41,642 nt of DNA, taken from a virus. Lineage: Duplodnaviria > Caudoviricetes. The notes under the pieces are model-generated. The model worked only from the letters and a program-made list of their open reading frames with translations. It was not told the origin of the DNA and did not search any database. Within the stretch, counting starts at the first letter, position 1. The number at the start of each line of letters is the position of its first letter. The DNA is taken from positions 1 through 41,642 of the IMG/VR virus record IMGVR_UViG_3300039239_000005, one strand, 5' to 3'. Below are positions 8,380 through 18,407 of the stretch, one piece after another. The position numbers and the translations under genes are program-made.

Positions 8380-8988
8380 ATGATGGCTGCGCCGCTCACG
8401 GAACTTGAGGCCGTGAACTCCATGCTGGCCGCTACCGGCCAAGCACCAGTCAACAGCTTCTCCGGCACGATCAGCGATCAAAACATCGCTCGTGGCCATC
8501 TGGCCAACGTCGTCCGCGAGGTCTGCTCGCACGGCTTCTCGTTCAATACCGACGAGAACTACGTTCTCACGCCCGACTTCGAAGGCGTCATCGCCATTCC
8601 GGCCGGGGCCATGTCCGTCAATCCGATGGACCCGCGCCAAAACCTCGTGCAGCGGCGTCACCCGACCCGCGAGACAATGTGCCTTTGGGACAAGGCGAAC
8701 CTGACTTGGACGATCACCGAGCCGGTGAAGGTCCGCGTCCGTTGGTCCTATACCTACGAAGCTCTCCCCGAACTGGCGCGCGTCTTCGCCGCCGTTAAGG
8801 CCGGTCGCCTCTTCCTTGCAGACTACGTTGGCGACGCTCAACGCGAACGCTTCGCCCAAGAAGACGAGCAGCGCGCGTGGATCAACCTGCGCCGCGACCA
8901 GACCGCGATCTCCGACATCAACATCTTCGACAATCCGCGCGTCGGCCGAAAGCTGATCCGTGGCCGTCGTGTCTGGGGGTCTGAATGA
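8380..8988 (+). CDS. Tail tubular protein A, T7 gp11-like
   Basis: TELEAVNSMLAATGQAPVNS, GFSFNTDENYVLTPD. Confidence 0.93.
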   Translation: MMAAPLTELEAVNSMLAATGQAPVNSFSGTISDQNIARGHLANVVREVCSHGFSFNTDENYVLTPDFEGVIAIPAGAMSVNPMDPRQNLVQRRHPTRETMCLWDKANLTWTITEPVKVRVRWSYTYEALPELARVFAAVKAGRLFLADYVGDAQRERFAQEDEQRAWINLRRDQTAISDINIFDNPRVGRKLIRGRRVWGSE

Positions 8989-11174
8989 GCCTGATGACCG
9001 GGGCTATCCCGGCTCTCATCGGCGGCGTCTCCCAGCAATCCGACCTTGTTCGTTCGACCGATCAACTGGAAAGCCAACTCAACGGCTTCTCGTCTATCGC
9101 TGACGGTCTCGGCAAACGTCCGCCGACCGAGCGTGTCGCCCGGCTGATGGAGACGGCGCCGAACAACGTCTTCGTTCACACAATCAACCGCAACACCGAA
9201 GAGCAATACGTCGTCACGATCACCGACGAACGCATCCGTGTCTTCGATAGTCAGACCGGCCAAGAGCGTCAGGTAAACGCTCCCGGCGGTTGGGGCTATC
9301 TGCAAGGGATCGCCGATTATGCGGGCGACCTGTCGATGTTCACCGTGGCTGACTACAGCTTCCTCGTGAACCGCAAGAAGGTCTGCGCCATGGGCGCGGT
9401 TGGCGACGACCAACAGCCCGATCAAGCCTACCAAATCTGGGTCAATCGCCACTACGGCACGGACTCGAACGGCGTCGATTTCGGACCCGGCGTCCCTTAC
9501 CAGTATCAGCCTAACCCGTCTGGCGGCGTTCTGACTGGCACGGTTCAGCGTTCCGACAAGCTCCCCGAGACTGCACCGGAAGGCGCGATCTATCGCGTCC
9601 AAGGCGACGAAAGCTCCGGCTTCGTCAGCTACTATCTGCGTCGCAGCGGCGGCGTCTGGAAACAGTGCGTCATGCCGGGTCTGGTCAACGCCATCGACTA
9701 CCGCACCATGCCCCACGCCCTGATCTCGGAAGCGGACGGCACGTTCACATTCGCTCCCTTCTCGTGGGCGCCGCGTCGTCTCGGCGACGAGGCGACCAAC
9801 CCTACGCCGGGCTTCATCGGCCGCACGATCCAGAAGGTTTTCTTCTATCAGAACCGCCTGTCGTTCCTGTTCGACGAGGCCGTGGTCATGTCGGAATCCG
9901 GCATGTTCGGAAACTTCTGGCGAATGGATCAACTCGACTATCTGGACACCGACCGGATCGAAGTCGGGGCGACCTCGACGAAGGTGGCCAAGCTCTTCGA
10001 CGCCGTGGCCCACAACGACGGCATCTTCCTGACTTCGGATCAAACACAGTTCTCGTTGACCAACGGCGAGATGGGTTTGACGACCGCCTCAATCGCGATG
10101 CGCCCGACCACGAACTACACCGTCAACACGGCGGCTGGCCTCGCGGCTCTCGGCTCCGAAATCTACTTCGCAGTCGAACGCTCCGGCTTCGCCAGCATCC
10201 GCGAATATACCCGCCTGTCTGGCACTGACGCGACTTCGGCCGCCGACGTGACAGCGCACTGCCCGACCTACATCCCTGCCGGTGTGCATGGTCTGATCGC
10301 AGCCGACGACCTGAACTCATTGTTCGTTCTAACGCATGGATCGGCTCAAAGCATTTTCGCATATCAGTTCTACTGGACCTCTTCGGACGAGAAAGCGCAG
10401 TCGGCTTGGCATCGTTGGGACTTCGGGGCCGGGACGAAGATCGTCTCGGGGGCCTACCTCAAAGGCGTCTTGTTCCTCGTCTTGCAGCGGGCTGATGGCC
10501 TGTGGCTTGAGAAGATCAACCTTCAGTCGGGCGCGATCCCGGCCGAAACGTCGGCTCAAATCCACCTCGACCGTCGCACCGTCGCCACCGGCGAATTCAA
10601 CACGACCGAGAACCGGACCTACTTCACCCTCCCGTTCCGCCCGGCCAAAGACCGTTTTCAGATGGTCCGCACCACAGGGTTCGGAGGGCGCCGGGAAACG
10701 CTGATCGCCCCTTCAACCTACCAATGGCTCACGGACAACATCGTCTCTGTGCCGGGTCAGGAGATCATGGCGCCGGTCATCGTCGGCGAGGGCTACACCT
10801 TCGCCTTCCAGTTCTCGAAACAGTTCGTCCGTCGATCCGATGGCGTGGCCGTCACGACCGGCCGTCAGGTCATGCGGTCTTTCACGGTGAACTATGCAGA
10901 CACGGCCTACTTCAAGACATTCGTCGCGCCCTATGGGTCAGACGATACCGTCGATGAGGTCGTGCCGACGAAGCTCTCGGACATGACGGGTCGCACCATC
11001 GGGGCCGGATACTTCAAGCTGAACACGCCGACCTACGGGACCGGCGCCTACCGCTTCATGGTGTTCGGACAGAACCACTTGGCGCGCATCCGCATCGAGA
11101 ACGACACGCCGTTCGCCTCCACCTTCATCAGCGCAGAGTGGGAAGCGACCTACAACAACCGCGCACGAGTCTGA
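8985..11174 (+). CDS. Tail tubular protein B (nozzle), T7 gp12-like
   Basis: GGVSQQ, GLGKRPP, RRLGDEATNPTPGFIG, FFYQNRL, EKAQSAWHRW. Confidence 0.95.
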   Translation: MSLMTGAIPALIGGVSQQSDLVRSTDQLESQLNGFSSIADGLGKRPPTERVARLMETAPNNVFVHTINRNTEEQYVVTITDERIRVFDSQTGQERQVNAPGGWGYLQGIADYAGDLSMFTVADYSFLVNRKKVCAMGAVGDDQQPDQAYQIWVNRHYGTDSNGVDFGPGVPYQYQPNPSGGVLTGTVQRSDKLPETAPEGAIYRVQGDESSGFVSYYLRRSGGVWKQCVMPGLVNAIDYRTMPHALISEADGTFTFAPFSWAPRRLGDEATNPTPGFIGRTIQKVFFYQNRLSFLFDEAVVMSESGMFGNFWRMDQLDYLDTDRIEVGATSTKVAKLFDAVAHNDGIFLTSDQTQFSLTNGEMGLTTASIAMRPTTNYTVNTAAGLAALGSEIYFAVERSGFASIREYTRLSGTDATSAADVTAHCPTYIPAGVHGLIAADDLNSLFVLTHGSAQSIFAYQFYWTSSDEKAQSAWHRWDFGAGTKIVSGAYLKGVLFLVLQRADGLWLEKINLQSGAIPAETSAQIHLDRRTVATGEFNTTENRTYFTLPFRPAKDRFQMVRTTGFGGRRETLIAPSTYQWLTDNIVSVPGQEIMAPVIVGEGYTFAFQFSKQFVRRSDGVAVTTGRQVMRSFTVNYADTAYFKTFVAPYGSDDTVDEVVPTKLSDMTGRTIGAGYFKLNTPTYGTGAYRFMVFGQNHLARIRIENDTPFASTFISAEWEATYNNRARV

Positions 11175-11192
11175 CCGCCTTCGGGCGGTCAG
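11171..11192 (+). other. C(UUCG)G stem-loop between tail B and gp13-like genes
   Basis: CTGACCGCC-TTCG-GGCGGTCAG perfect 9-bp stem; the first 18 nt are identical to 7162..7179. Confidence 0.7.
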
Positions 11193-11207
11193 GCCCACCC
11201 TTTTCCC

Positions 11208-11711
11208 ATGATCGAATTCCACGACCTCGCCGACGTGTCGGCCGAGCAGACCATCGCATGGCTGGAAGATATCTGTTCCGACCTTCGCCCCGGCGATTGG
11301 GACGAGATGAAAGCCACCAATCCCATGCTCAAGATCGGCGATCCCGATCCGCTCCATTTGCTCACCGTCAGCGTCATGCAGTCCGTGGACGGTTGGATCA
11401 TCACCGACAACGACAAGGCCATTTGCGTCTTCGGCGCGGCCGATGGCGGGATCGTCTGGATGATCGGGGCGAACGGTATGGAGAAGCCGAGAGCCAAGCT
11501 GGCCATCGGCCGGGCCACCCCGAACTTCGTGGACCGCTGGCACCTCAACTGGCCCCACCTTTCCAACTACATCGACGCCCGCAATCACCAGTCGATCCAC
11601 TGGCTGCTCTGGGCCGGGTTCGAGATTGAGCAAGTCGATCTCACCCACGGGCGCGAACGCCGCCCTTTCTACCTCATGTCTCATACAAGGGAGGGACCAA
11701 CCCATCTGTGA
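11208..11711 (+). CDS. Internal virion protein A, T7 gp13-like
   Basis: LRPGDWDEM, CVFG, VWMIG, LSNYIDARNHQSIHWLLWAGF; position after gp12. Confidence 0.85.
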   Translation: MIEFHDLADVSAEQTIAWLEDICSDLRPGDWDEMKATNPMLKIGDPDPLHLLTVSVMQSVDGWIITDNDKAICVFGAADGGIVWMIGANGMEKPRAKLAIGRATPNFVDRWHLNWPHLSNYIDARNHQSIHWLLWAGFEIEQVDLTHGRERRPFYLMSHTREGPTHL

Positions 11712-12195
11712 TCCGATCACGGTCATGACGACCCTCGCAGTCGTCGGAACCGCCACCCAAGTCATCGGCGAAATCCAGTCCGCCAAAAACCAGACCCGCG
11801 CCATCGACCAACAGCTTGCGACACAGCAGCAGCAAATCGCGTCGCAGCAGGTCGCCGAACTCAACGACCGCCAGCGTCAGGCACGCCGTGAACAGGCCCG
11901 CATCAAGGTCGCCGCCGGTCAGGCAGGGCTAAATATCAGCGGAAGCGTGACCGACCTTCTGAACGATAGCGTCATGCAAAACGCGCTCGCCGCCGAGCGA
12001 ACCAACCAGAACGCTGACAACCAGCAGAAAGCGGCCGCAGCCGAAGCGAACTCCATGTATTCCCGCATCAACCGACCGACCATCCTCGGTGCTGGCCTCC
12101 GCATCGCCCAAGCTGGCGTCGGCGGCTACTACCAAGGCAAGGGTATCAAGCTGTCTCAGGACGCGGCGTCGAAAGGTCCGTCTCTGAATGGCTGA
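11704..12195 (+). CDS. Internal virion protein B, T7 gp14-like; apparent ATC start
   Basis: GGGAGG RBS at 11689-11694 then ATC-TGT-GAT-CCG, matching the usual MC(D/E)P N-terminus; Ala/Gln-rich helical body. Confidence 0.8.
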   Translation: MCDPITVMTTLAVVGTATQVIGEIQSAKNQTRAIDQQLATQQQQIASQQVAELNDRQRQARREQARIKVAAGQAGLNISGSVTDLLNDSVMQNALAAERTNQNADNQQKAAAAEANSMYSRINRPTILGAGLRIAQAGVGGYYQGKGIKLSQDAASKGPSLNG

Positions 12196-14392
12196 TCTTT
12201 CCCGCAACAGCATCCGCCGCACCGCACAGGACCGCATCACGAACAACCGTGACGCCATCCTGCCGGTCAACCGCGAGACCCGTTCAGCAGACGTGCGCGT
12301 CACCGCCGATCTCCGTTCCGCCTTCCGTGGCGACGGCGGTCAGTCTGACGCCATCCGCGACTTCTTCGGCCTCGCTCGCCAGAACGCAGCAGCCTTCTAC
12401 GAAAACGACATCGCCGAACGCCGCGTTCAGGCGGAAGACGACTTCGCACAGGGTCAGACCGACGCCGCTTCCGGCGGCGTGATGGACCCGGCCATGGCGC
12501 AGTCCGTCGCCTATGAGCGCGCCTATCACTCGACCACGGCGGCGGCTCGCCAGACCAAGTTCGAGACCGAGACCGCACAGGAAATCGAACGCCGCATCAA
12601 CAGCGGTGCGACGCCTGACGACATCGACGAATTCATGATGGAGCGGAACCGCGAGTTCATCGCCGAATCCGGCGATCTGTTCACTCAGCCCGACGTTCAG
12701 CGTCAGGTCGCGGGACGACTGATCCGATGGACCGGCGATCTCGACACGCGCGCCAACGCGATGATGAAAGAGAAGACCGACAAGGAACTGCTCGATCTCA
12801 CAGTCGGCAATGCGGTCTCCGGCCTACAGCGTGGCGAAGGTTTCGACCTTGCGGCCGAGCGCAGCCGTCTGACTGAAGCGGGCCTGAACGGTGACGCGGT
12901 GCAAGAAGCACTGGTCAACGGCGTCGTGGCCTACGCTCAAGAAACGGGCGACACGACCGCCCTGCAAAACCTCTTGGACGCTCGCGATCCGAGCGACCCG
13001 GATGTGGTCGCCTTCAACAACACGATTGAGGGTCAGCCCCTCCCACCGGTTCAAGCCCCGGCGCCCGCTGCACCTGCTCCGGCGCCGACGCGCCAGACTT
13101 ACGCTGCCCCGGTCACCAACATGGATCGCGTCACCTCCGGCATGGGCGCGCGTCGCGCACCTCTGCCCGGCGCCTCGACCAATCATGGCGGCATCGACAT
13201 CGCCGTTCCGGTTGGAACGCCGGTTTCGGCTCCGGCCGATGGCGTGGTCGAAGTGGCTGGCGTCCGTGGACGCGGCGGCAACACCCTGATCCTTCGTCAC
13301 TCTGACGGCTCGACGACCGGGTTCGCCCATCTCGACAGCATCGGCGTGAAGGTCGGGGATACCGTGACCCAAGGCCAGCAGGTCGCTGCGTCTGGCAACA
13401 CCGGCAACTCGACCGGCCCGCATCTGCACTGGACCTACCGCGACGCCAATGGCGAGCGAAAAGACCCGCGCACTATCGTCGGCTCCGAGACCCAAGCCAT
13501 GGCGGCTGCTCCCGCCGCCAACGTCGAGACGGCTTCGGCCGAGATCGAACCGGCGCGTCGTCCCCGACTGCCCGGCCGCTCACTTCTGAACCCGGCTCAA
13601 CAGGTCCGCATCCTCAATGCCATCGACAGCATCGAAGGCGACACGGAGCGCAAAACCGAACAGGCCCGTCAGGCGACGAAAGACGAACTGACGATGGACC
13701 TATGGGCGCGCGCCAGCCGTGGCGAGGATGTGTCCGACACCATCGAACAGGCCGTTCGCTCGAACGTGCTGGAACCCGGTGAAGGCATGACCATGAACAA
13801 CGCCTTCCGCTCGCTTCGCGACACCACGCTCGACGGTGAAGCCGACGATGATTTGGTGCTGCGCTACGGCGAACGCTTCGCGGCGAACAACCCGAACTAT
13901 GCCAGCATCGCCTCTCAGGCTGACTCCGATTATCGCGCCGGTCGCTTCGGAACGGGCCGCGCCGCTACCCGCGCCTACATCGAGGTTCGCACCCGTGCGG
14001 CCAGCGGTTCACGCGGCGATGCTGGTCGCGATCCGGCCCAACAGCAGATCGTCGGCAACGCCCGTGGCTACGTCTCTGGGTCTCTGCGATCCATGGTGAC
14101 GCAAGGCGTCGGCGGCGCCGTTCCACCGCACATGCTGCGGCTCGTGACCCAAGGGGAAAATGAGTTCGAACGCCGTCTCGCCAATGGGGAAGACCCCATG
14201 CAAGCCGCTGACGCCATCGTCCGAAGCTATGGCGGCTTCCTCCGAAATGGCGGCGGCACAACCACTATCGCTGCGGTTCCACCTCCGGGTGGAACGGGCA
14301 ATGCGCGCGTCCCCGGCCAGACCGGGACAACCACGCAAGCCCCCGCACAACTTCAATACATCCCCGGCCAAGGACTCGTCCCGGCCCGATGA
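12188..14392 (+). CDS. Internal virion protein C (gp15 slot) with embedded M23 peptidase domain
   Basis: HGGIDIAVPVGTPV...FAHLD...GNTGNSTGPHLHW (HxxxD, HxH) at about 13120-13470, flanked by Pro/Ala linkers. Confidence 0.88.
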   Translation: MADLSRNSIRRTAQDRITNNRDAILPVNRETRSADVRVTADLRSAFRGDGGQSDAIRDFFGLARQNAAAFYENDIAERRVQAEDDFAQGQTDAASGGVMDPAMAQSVAYERAYHSTTAAARQTKFETETAQEIERRINSGATPDDIDEFMMERNREFIAESGDLFTQPDVQRQVAGRLIRWTGDLDTRANAMMKEKTDKELLDLTVGNAVSGLQRGEGFDLAAERSRLTEAGLNGDAVQEALVNGVVAYAQETGDTTALQNLLDARDPSDPDVVAFNNTIEGQPLPPVQAPAPAAPAPAPTRQTYAAPVTNMDRVTSGMGARRAPLPGASTNHGGIDIAVPVGTPVSAPADGVVEVAGVRGRGGNTLILRHSDGSTTGFAHLDSIGVKVGDTVTQGQQVAASGNTGNSTGPHLHWTYRDANGERKDPRTIVGSETQAMAAAPAANVETASAEIEPARRPRLPGRSLLNPAQQVRILNAIDSIEGDTERKTEQARQATKDELTMDLWARASRGEDVSDTIEQAVRSNVLEPGEGMTMNNAFRSLRDTTLDGEADDDLVLRYGERFAANNPNYASIASQADSDYRAGRFGTGRAATRAYIEVRTRAASGSRGDAGRDPAQQQIVGNARGYVSGSLRSMVTQGVGGAVPPHMLRLVTQGENEFERRLANGEDPMQAADAIVRSYGGFLRNGGGTTTIAAVPPPGGTGNARVPGQTGTTTQAPAQLQYIPGQGLVPAR

Positions 14393-14401
14393 AAGGACTG
14401 A

Positions 14402-17400
14402 ATGAGCATCACTGTTAGAGGCCCTGATGGGGCTGTCATCACCTTCCCTGACAACACCCCGCACAGCGTCATCGAACGTGAAATGGCCCGCCATTACGGG
14501 CAAGCTCAAGAACAACAACGGGACCGTCGCTCGGCGGCGGTCTCGCTGTCCGCGCCCAAGGACAAACGCTCGCTGGGCGAACGTCTTGGCGACGTGTTCT
14601 CGGACACGTGGAATACCAACTTCATCGCCGAAGGTTGGCGAGCGGGTCTCGACGACACCGCCGATTACATCGACGCTTCGCAACGGGGCGACACGCGAGC
14701 GGCTACCGACATCGCGGGTCGCCAGACCCTGAACCCCATCCGCCTCGCCTCAAGGCTCTATAACTCGGTCGGCGTCCTGACGGATGTGACCGACAAGACC
14801 CGAGACACCCGTCGCGCCGCCGACACTGCGATCTCCAACGAGCGTCAACGCCGTCAGGAGTTCGCACGAGAGTCTGCCGCCGATCCCTTCTGGGAAGCTG
14901 AAGGCGGCTTGGTTGGCAAGGGTCTGCATGGCGGCGCCGCACTACTCGGCGTTCTCGGCGGCTCGGCCGTCGATCCAACGTCCTACATCACCGGCGGCTC
15001 TTCGCTCTGGATGAAGGTAGGCGTTCAAGGTCTGGTCGCCGGAGCGACGGATGTCCTATCGCAGACCGACGCCCTGTCGGCTGGCGTCCAAGACAACTAC
15101 AGCGGCCTCCGCACCCTCGCGAGTGCTGGCGCGGGCGCGGCTTTCACAGGCGCCTTTGAAGGCGCCGGATCGTTGATCCGCCGCATCCGCAACAATGAGC
15201 CTCGACCTTCCATGGTCGAACTCGACCAAGCGATGCGCGATGAACTCGACCTGTCTGACAGCGTAAACCTGCCGATGTTGTCACTCGACGACATGACATT
15301 CCGCCCGGTGCAAAAGGGGCCGGTGTCCGCATTGCCGATGCGTGTCGAAGAACCTCGCGCCAAGGGTCCGTCGTTCGAAGACCTTGAAGCCGAAGCCCGC
15401 ACCGCCGGAGCCGACACCAAGACCAAGGCAGACGAACGCTGGAACGGCGTCGATTGGGGACTGGCCGGTTCGCCGGAGCGCGCCAAAGCGGCGATGGCTC
15501 ACCTCGACAGTCTGAAAAAGTTCGTCAAACCCGAGCAGGTGGACGCCTTCGTTCGCTGGCTCGGCAAGCAGGGCGACGAGATCGCGGACGGCCCCAGCCA
15601 CTGGAACGCCGACGTGTTCGACTTCGACGAGTTGGTCAATGACCCGGACAGCTTCGAAGAACTGGCGAACGTCATGGGGCAAATCTTCAAGCCCCTATAC
15701 GACGCGGCCGGTGACGCGCCGAAGTCGTGGAAGTCGGTTCAGGATCGCCAGCAGACCTTCGGTCTGACGACCTCCGATGTCGTGAAGGCTCACGCCGACA
15801 TCACGTCAGAGTTCGGCGTCTCGTCCAAAATCCATGCGCTTGAAACGCTCGCTATGCAGCACGTCGATCACCTCGTGACGAAGGTCGCCGATGTCCGCGC
15901 CAAGATGGCCAACGGCAAGGCGACCGCGAACGACGTGTCCGATCTGGCCGCCCACCTACAGGCGACACAGATGTTCGACGCGATGGCGGGCGGCGCGAAG
16001 TCGGAAGTGGCTCGTGCGTTGAACATCATGAAGGCGACCAAGCATCGCGCACGAACCTTCAACGACCTTCAGCAGTCCATCAACGACCTGTCCGACGCCA
16101 TGGGCGGCGGGATGAAGGGCGATGAAATGGGCGATGCGCTGGACGCGCTGATGAAGGCGAACAAGACCGGCGGGGCCAAAGGCTTCAAGGACGAAGTTCG
16201 CAAGATGCGGGCGATGGGCTGGGAGGATTACCTCTCATATTACGTCGTCATGGGCTACCTCACGACGCCCGCGACTGCCGTCCGCAACGCCGTGGGTTCG
16301 GTGCTTCACGCCGGTCTGTCGGTCGGCGAACGCTACGTCGCCGCCGGTGTGACGACACCTCTGCGCCGGGCCTTCTCCGGTTCGAAGGCTTCGGTCGAGG
16401 GCGTCACCTTCCGCGAGGCCAACGCCTATGTGGCGGGCATCTACCAATCCTTCGCCGACGCCAGCCGTGCGGGCTTCCAAGCCTTCAAGACGGCGGCTCC
16501 TGTTCGAGACGGTGCATCGTCGCTCGGCGATGCGGCCTTCAATCAGCCGTTCCTCATCAACCCCCAACGAAAGGCGCGCTGGAAACAGAACCCTGTCCAG
16601 TCGATCCCCGACATGGCGGGCGCCGCGATCTTCTCAACCATTCGAACGCTGGGCCACCGCCCGTCTATCGCGATGGACGAGTTCGCCAAGGCGATGACCT
16701 ACAAGATGCAGTTGAACGCTCTGTCGGTGCGTGAGGCTTCGTATCGCTCGGCTCGCCTCAAGGGCGCCGATCAGGCCAAGGAGTTCAGCCGCGTCATGGA
16801 CGCAGTTGCCAACCGCCCGTCGTCGGCTGCGATCTACCGCGCCAAGTCGGTCTTCGAACTGTCTGGCGAGACCTATGATCCGGCCAAAAACTACGGCAAG
16901 GATCAGACCCTCTACCAAGCTGCCGATGTGCTGGCGGCTGTCGATCTCCATGCGATGGCCGACGACTACGCCCGACTGATGACCTTCCAGAACAGCGGCC
17001 CCACCCTCAAAAAGTGGGAACAGGCTTTGGGCCAACACCGTCTGTTCCGAGCTTTGTTTGTCCCGTTCCTGCGGACCCCGATCAATCTTGTTCGGGCTGG
17101 CATGTTCGACCGCAACCCGATCCTGTTCGCCGCCCTCGGCGAGAACCGGACGAAGTTCAAGAACTACACTGCCGCCCTTCGTGGGCTGGATCAGTCGCTT
17201 GAACGCGGCGGGGCCGAAGCCGATTTGGCGATGGCTCGCCTCGTGACCGGCATGGGTTTCATGGCGACGGCGGGCCTCCTGTTTGCGAACGGCGATCTCG
17301 TCGGCAAGCGATCAGCAGCGGAGGAAGAGGACGGCGTGAAGTCGTATTCGATCCGGCTCGGCGGTCGCTGGTTCCAGTATCAGCAACTCTCTCCGGTGGC

Positions 17401-18331
17401 CGAAATGCTCGGCATCGTCGCGGACATGAGCAGGGTCTTTAGGGACCACGACATCAACGACGACGACATGCTGCAAGGCATCGGCGGCGGCGTTCTCGCA
17501 GCCATCGTGAACAACATCGTCAACAAGGCGGCGTTGCAGGGTGTCGGTGATTTCTGGGACATGATCGACCCGTCATTCACGGCAGGTGACACCGACCGGG
17601 GCGAACGCTTCGGCAAGGAGGTCATGAAGAAAATCGGCTCGTCCGCTATTCCGGCTGTCGTCCGAAACCTCGCCCAAACCCAAGACCCGGTGATGCGCGA
17701 GGCGAGCGGTCTGCTCGAACATCTCGCGGCCAATATCCCGACCCTCTCGCAATCCCTGCCCGAGCGTCGTGACTGGCTCGGTCTCCCCGTCATCCGCAAG
17801 GATAAGGACGACGGCCTGTTCGAGGGATTGGTCCAGCCGACGCGCGTCAGCCAAACCGTTGACGACATCGTGCGCCGCGAGGTCTCGGCTCTCTCGACTG
17901 CCGACCCGGAACTCCGAATGGCGCAACGCCCACCGGAGCGGTTCAACGAGCAGAAGATCACGAAGCGCGAACACGCCTCGGTTCTGGAATATCAGGGCCA
18001 AGGCTATCGCCATCCCTACACCGGCCAGAACATGCACGAGGCTTTGGGATCGCTGATCCAGTCACGCGAATACGCCCTCATGGGCGATCCGCAACGAGCC
18101 GCCAGCATCAAGGAAACGGTCTCGCAATATCGCCGCTTGGCAAACGCCTCGATCCGCAACGGCGCCGTTCCCGAACTTCGGGAAATGGTGAACCGAACAG
18201 GCGGGGCAAAAGCCAACGAGCGGGCTGCTCAAGAGGGCTGGAATAGCTGGCAGACCCAAGCCAACGCCAGACGCTACGGCGTCAGCCAAGGCGACATGTC
18301 CGCCATCATGAACTTCCAACCCGGCCAATAA
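14402..18331 (+). CDS. Internal virion protein D (gp16 slot), large ejection protein
   Basis: 1309-aa helical protein in gp16 position; FVPFLRTPINL, YSIRLGGRWFQY motifs seen in large ejection proteins. Confidence 0.82.
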   Translation: MSITVRGPDGAVITFPDNTPHSVIEREMARHYGQAQEQQRDRRSAAVSLSAPKDKRSLGERLGDVFSDTWNTNFIAEGWRAGLDDTADYIDASQRGDTRAATDIAGRQTLNPIRLASRLYNSVGVLTDVTDKTRDTRRAADTAISNERQRRQEFARESAADPFWEAEGGLVGKGLHGGAALLGVLGGSAVDPTSYITGGSSLWMKVGVQGLVAGATDVLSQTDALSAGVQDNYSGLRTLASAGAGAAFTGAFEGAGSLIRRIRNNEPRPSMVELDQAMRDELDLSDSVNLPMLSLDDMTFRPVQKGPVSALPMRVEEPRAKGPSFEDLEAEARTAGADTKTKADERWNGVDWGLAGSPERAKAAMAHLDSLKKFVKPEQVDAFVRWLGKQGDEIADGPSHWNADVFDFDELVNDPDSFEELANVMGQIFKPLYDAAGDAPKSWKSVQDRQQTFGLTTSDVVKAHADITSEFGVSSKIHALETLAMQHVDHLVTKVADVRAKMANGKATANDVSDLAAHLQATQMFDAMAGGAKSEVARALNIMKATKHRARTFNDLQQSINDLSDAMGGGMKGDEMGDALDALMKANKTGGAKGFKDEVRKMRAMGWEDYLSYYVVMGYLTTPATAVRNAVGSVLHAGLSVGERYVAAGVTTPLRRAFSGSKASVEGVTFREANAYVAGIYQSFADASRAGFQAFKTAAPVRDGASSLGDAAFNQPFLINPQRKARWKQNPVQSIPDMAGAAIFSTIRTLGHRPSIAMDEFAKAMTYKMQLNALSVREASYRSARLKGADQAKEFSRVMDAVANRPSSAAIYRAKSVFELSGETYDPAKNYGKDQTLYQAADVLAAVDLHAMADDYARLMTFQNSGPTLKKWEQALGQHRLFRALFVPFLRTPINLVRAGMFDRNPILFAALGENRTKFKNYTAALRGLDQSLERGGAEADLAMARLVTGMGFMATAGLLFANGDLVGKRSAAEEEDGVKSYSIRLGGRWFQYQQLSPVAEMLGIVADMSRVFRDHDINDDDMLQGIGGGVLAAIVNNIVNKAALQGVGDFWDMIDPSFTAGDTDRGERFGKEVMKKIGSSAIPAVVRNLAQTQDPVMREASGLLEHLAANIPTLSQSLPERRDWLGLPVIRKDKDDGLFEGLVQPTRVSQTVDDIVRREVSALSTADPELRMAQRPPERFNEQKITKREHASVLEYQGQGYRHPYTGQNMHEALGSLIQSREYALMGDPQRAASIKETVSQYRRLANASIRNGAVPELREMVNRTGGAKANERAAQEGWNSWQTQANARRYGVSQGDMSAIMNFQPGQ

Positions 18332-18355
18332 CACCAACCACAATCCACCCGGATC

Positions 18356-18384
18356 GCCCGGTCGCTCACGCGGCCGGGCCTTTC
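18356..18384 (+). terminator. Weak terminator or stem-loop before tail fibre genes
   Basis: GCCCGGTCGC-TCAC-GCGGCCGGGC followed by a short TTT. Confidence 0.45.
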
Positions 18385-18407
18385 GTCGTGGGTGAACGAA
18401 AGGATCA

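Noticed and set aside
8838-10043. 401-aa minus-strand ORF (and similar shadows at 4555..5625, 6165..7139, 7330..8202, 21324..22211, 40436..41401)
   Set aside because: Each overlaps a well-supported gene on the opposite strand and has shadow-frame composition.
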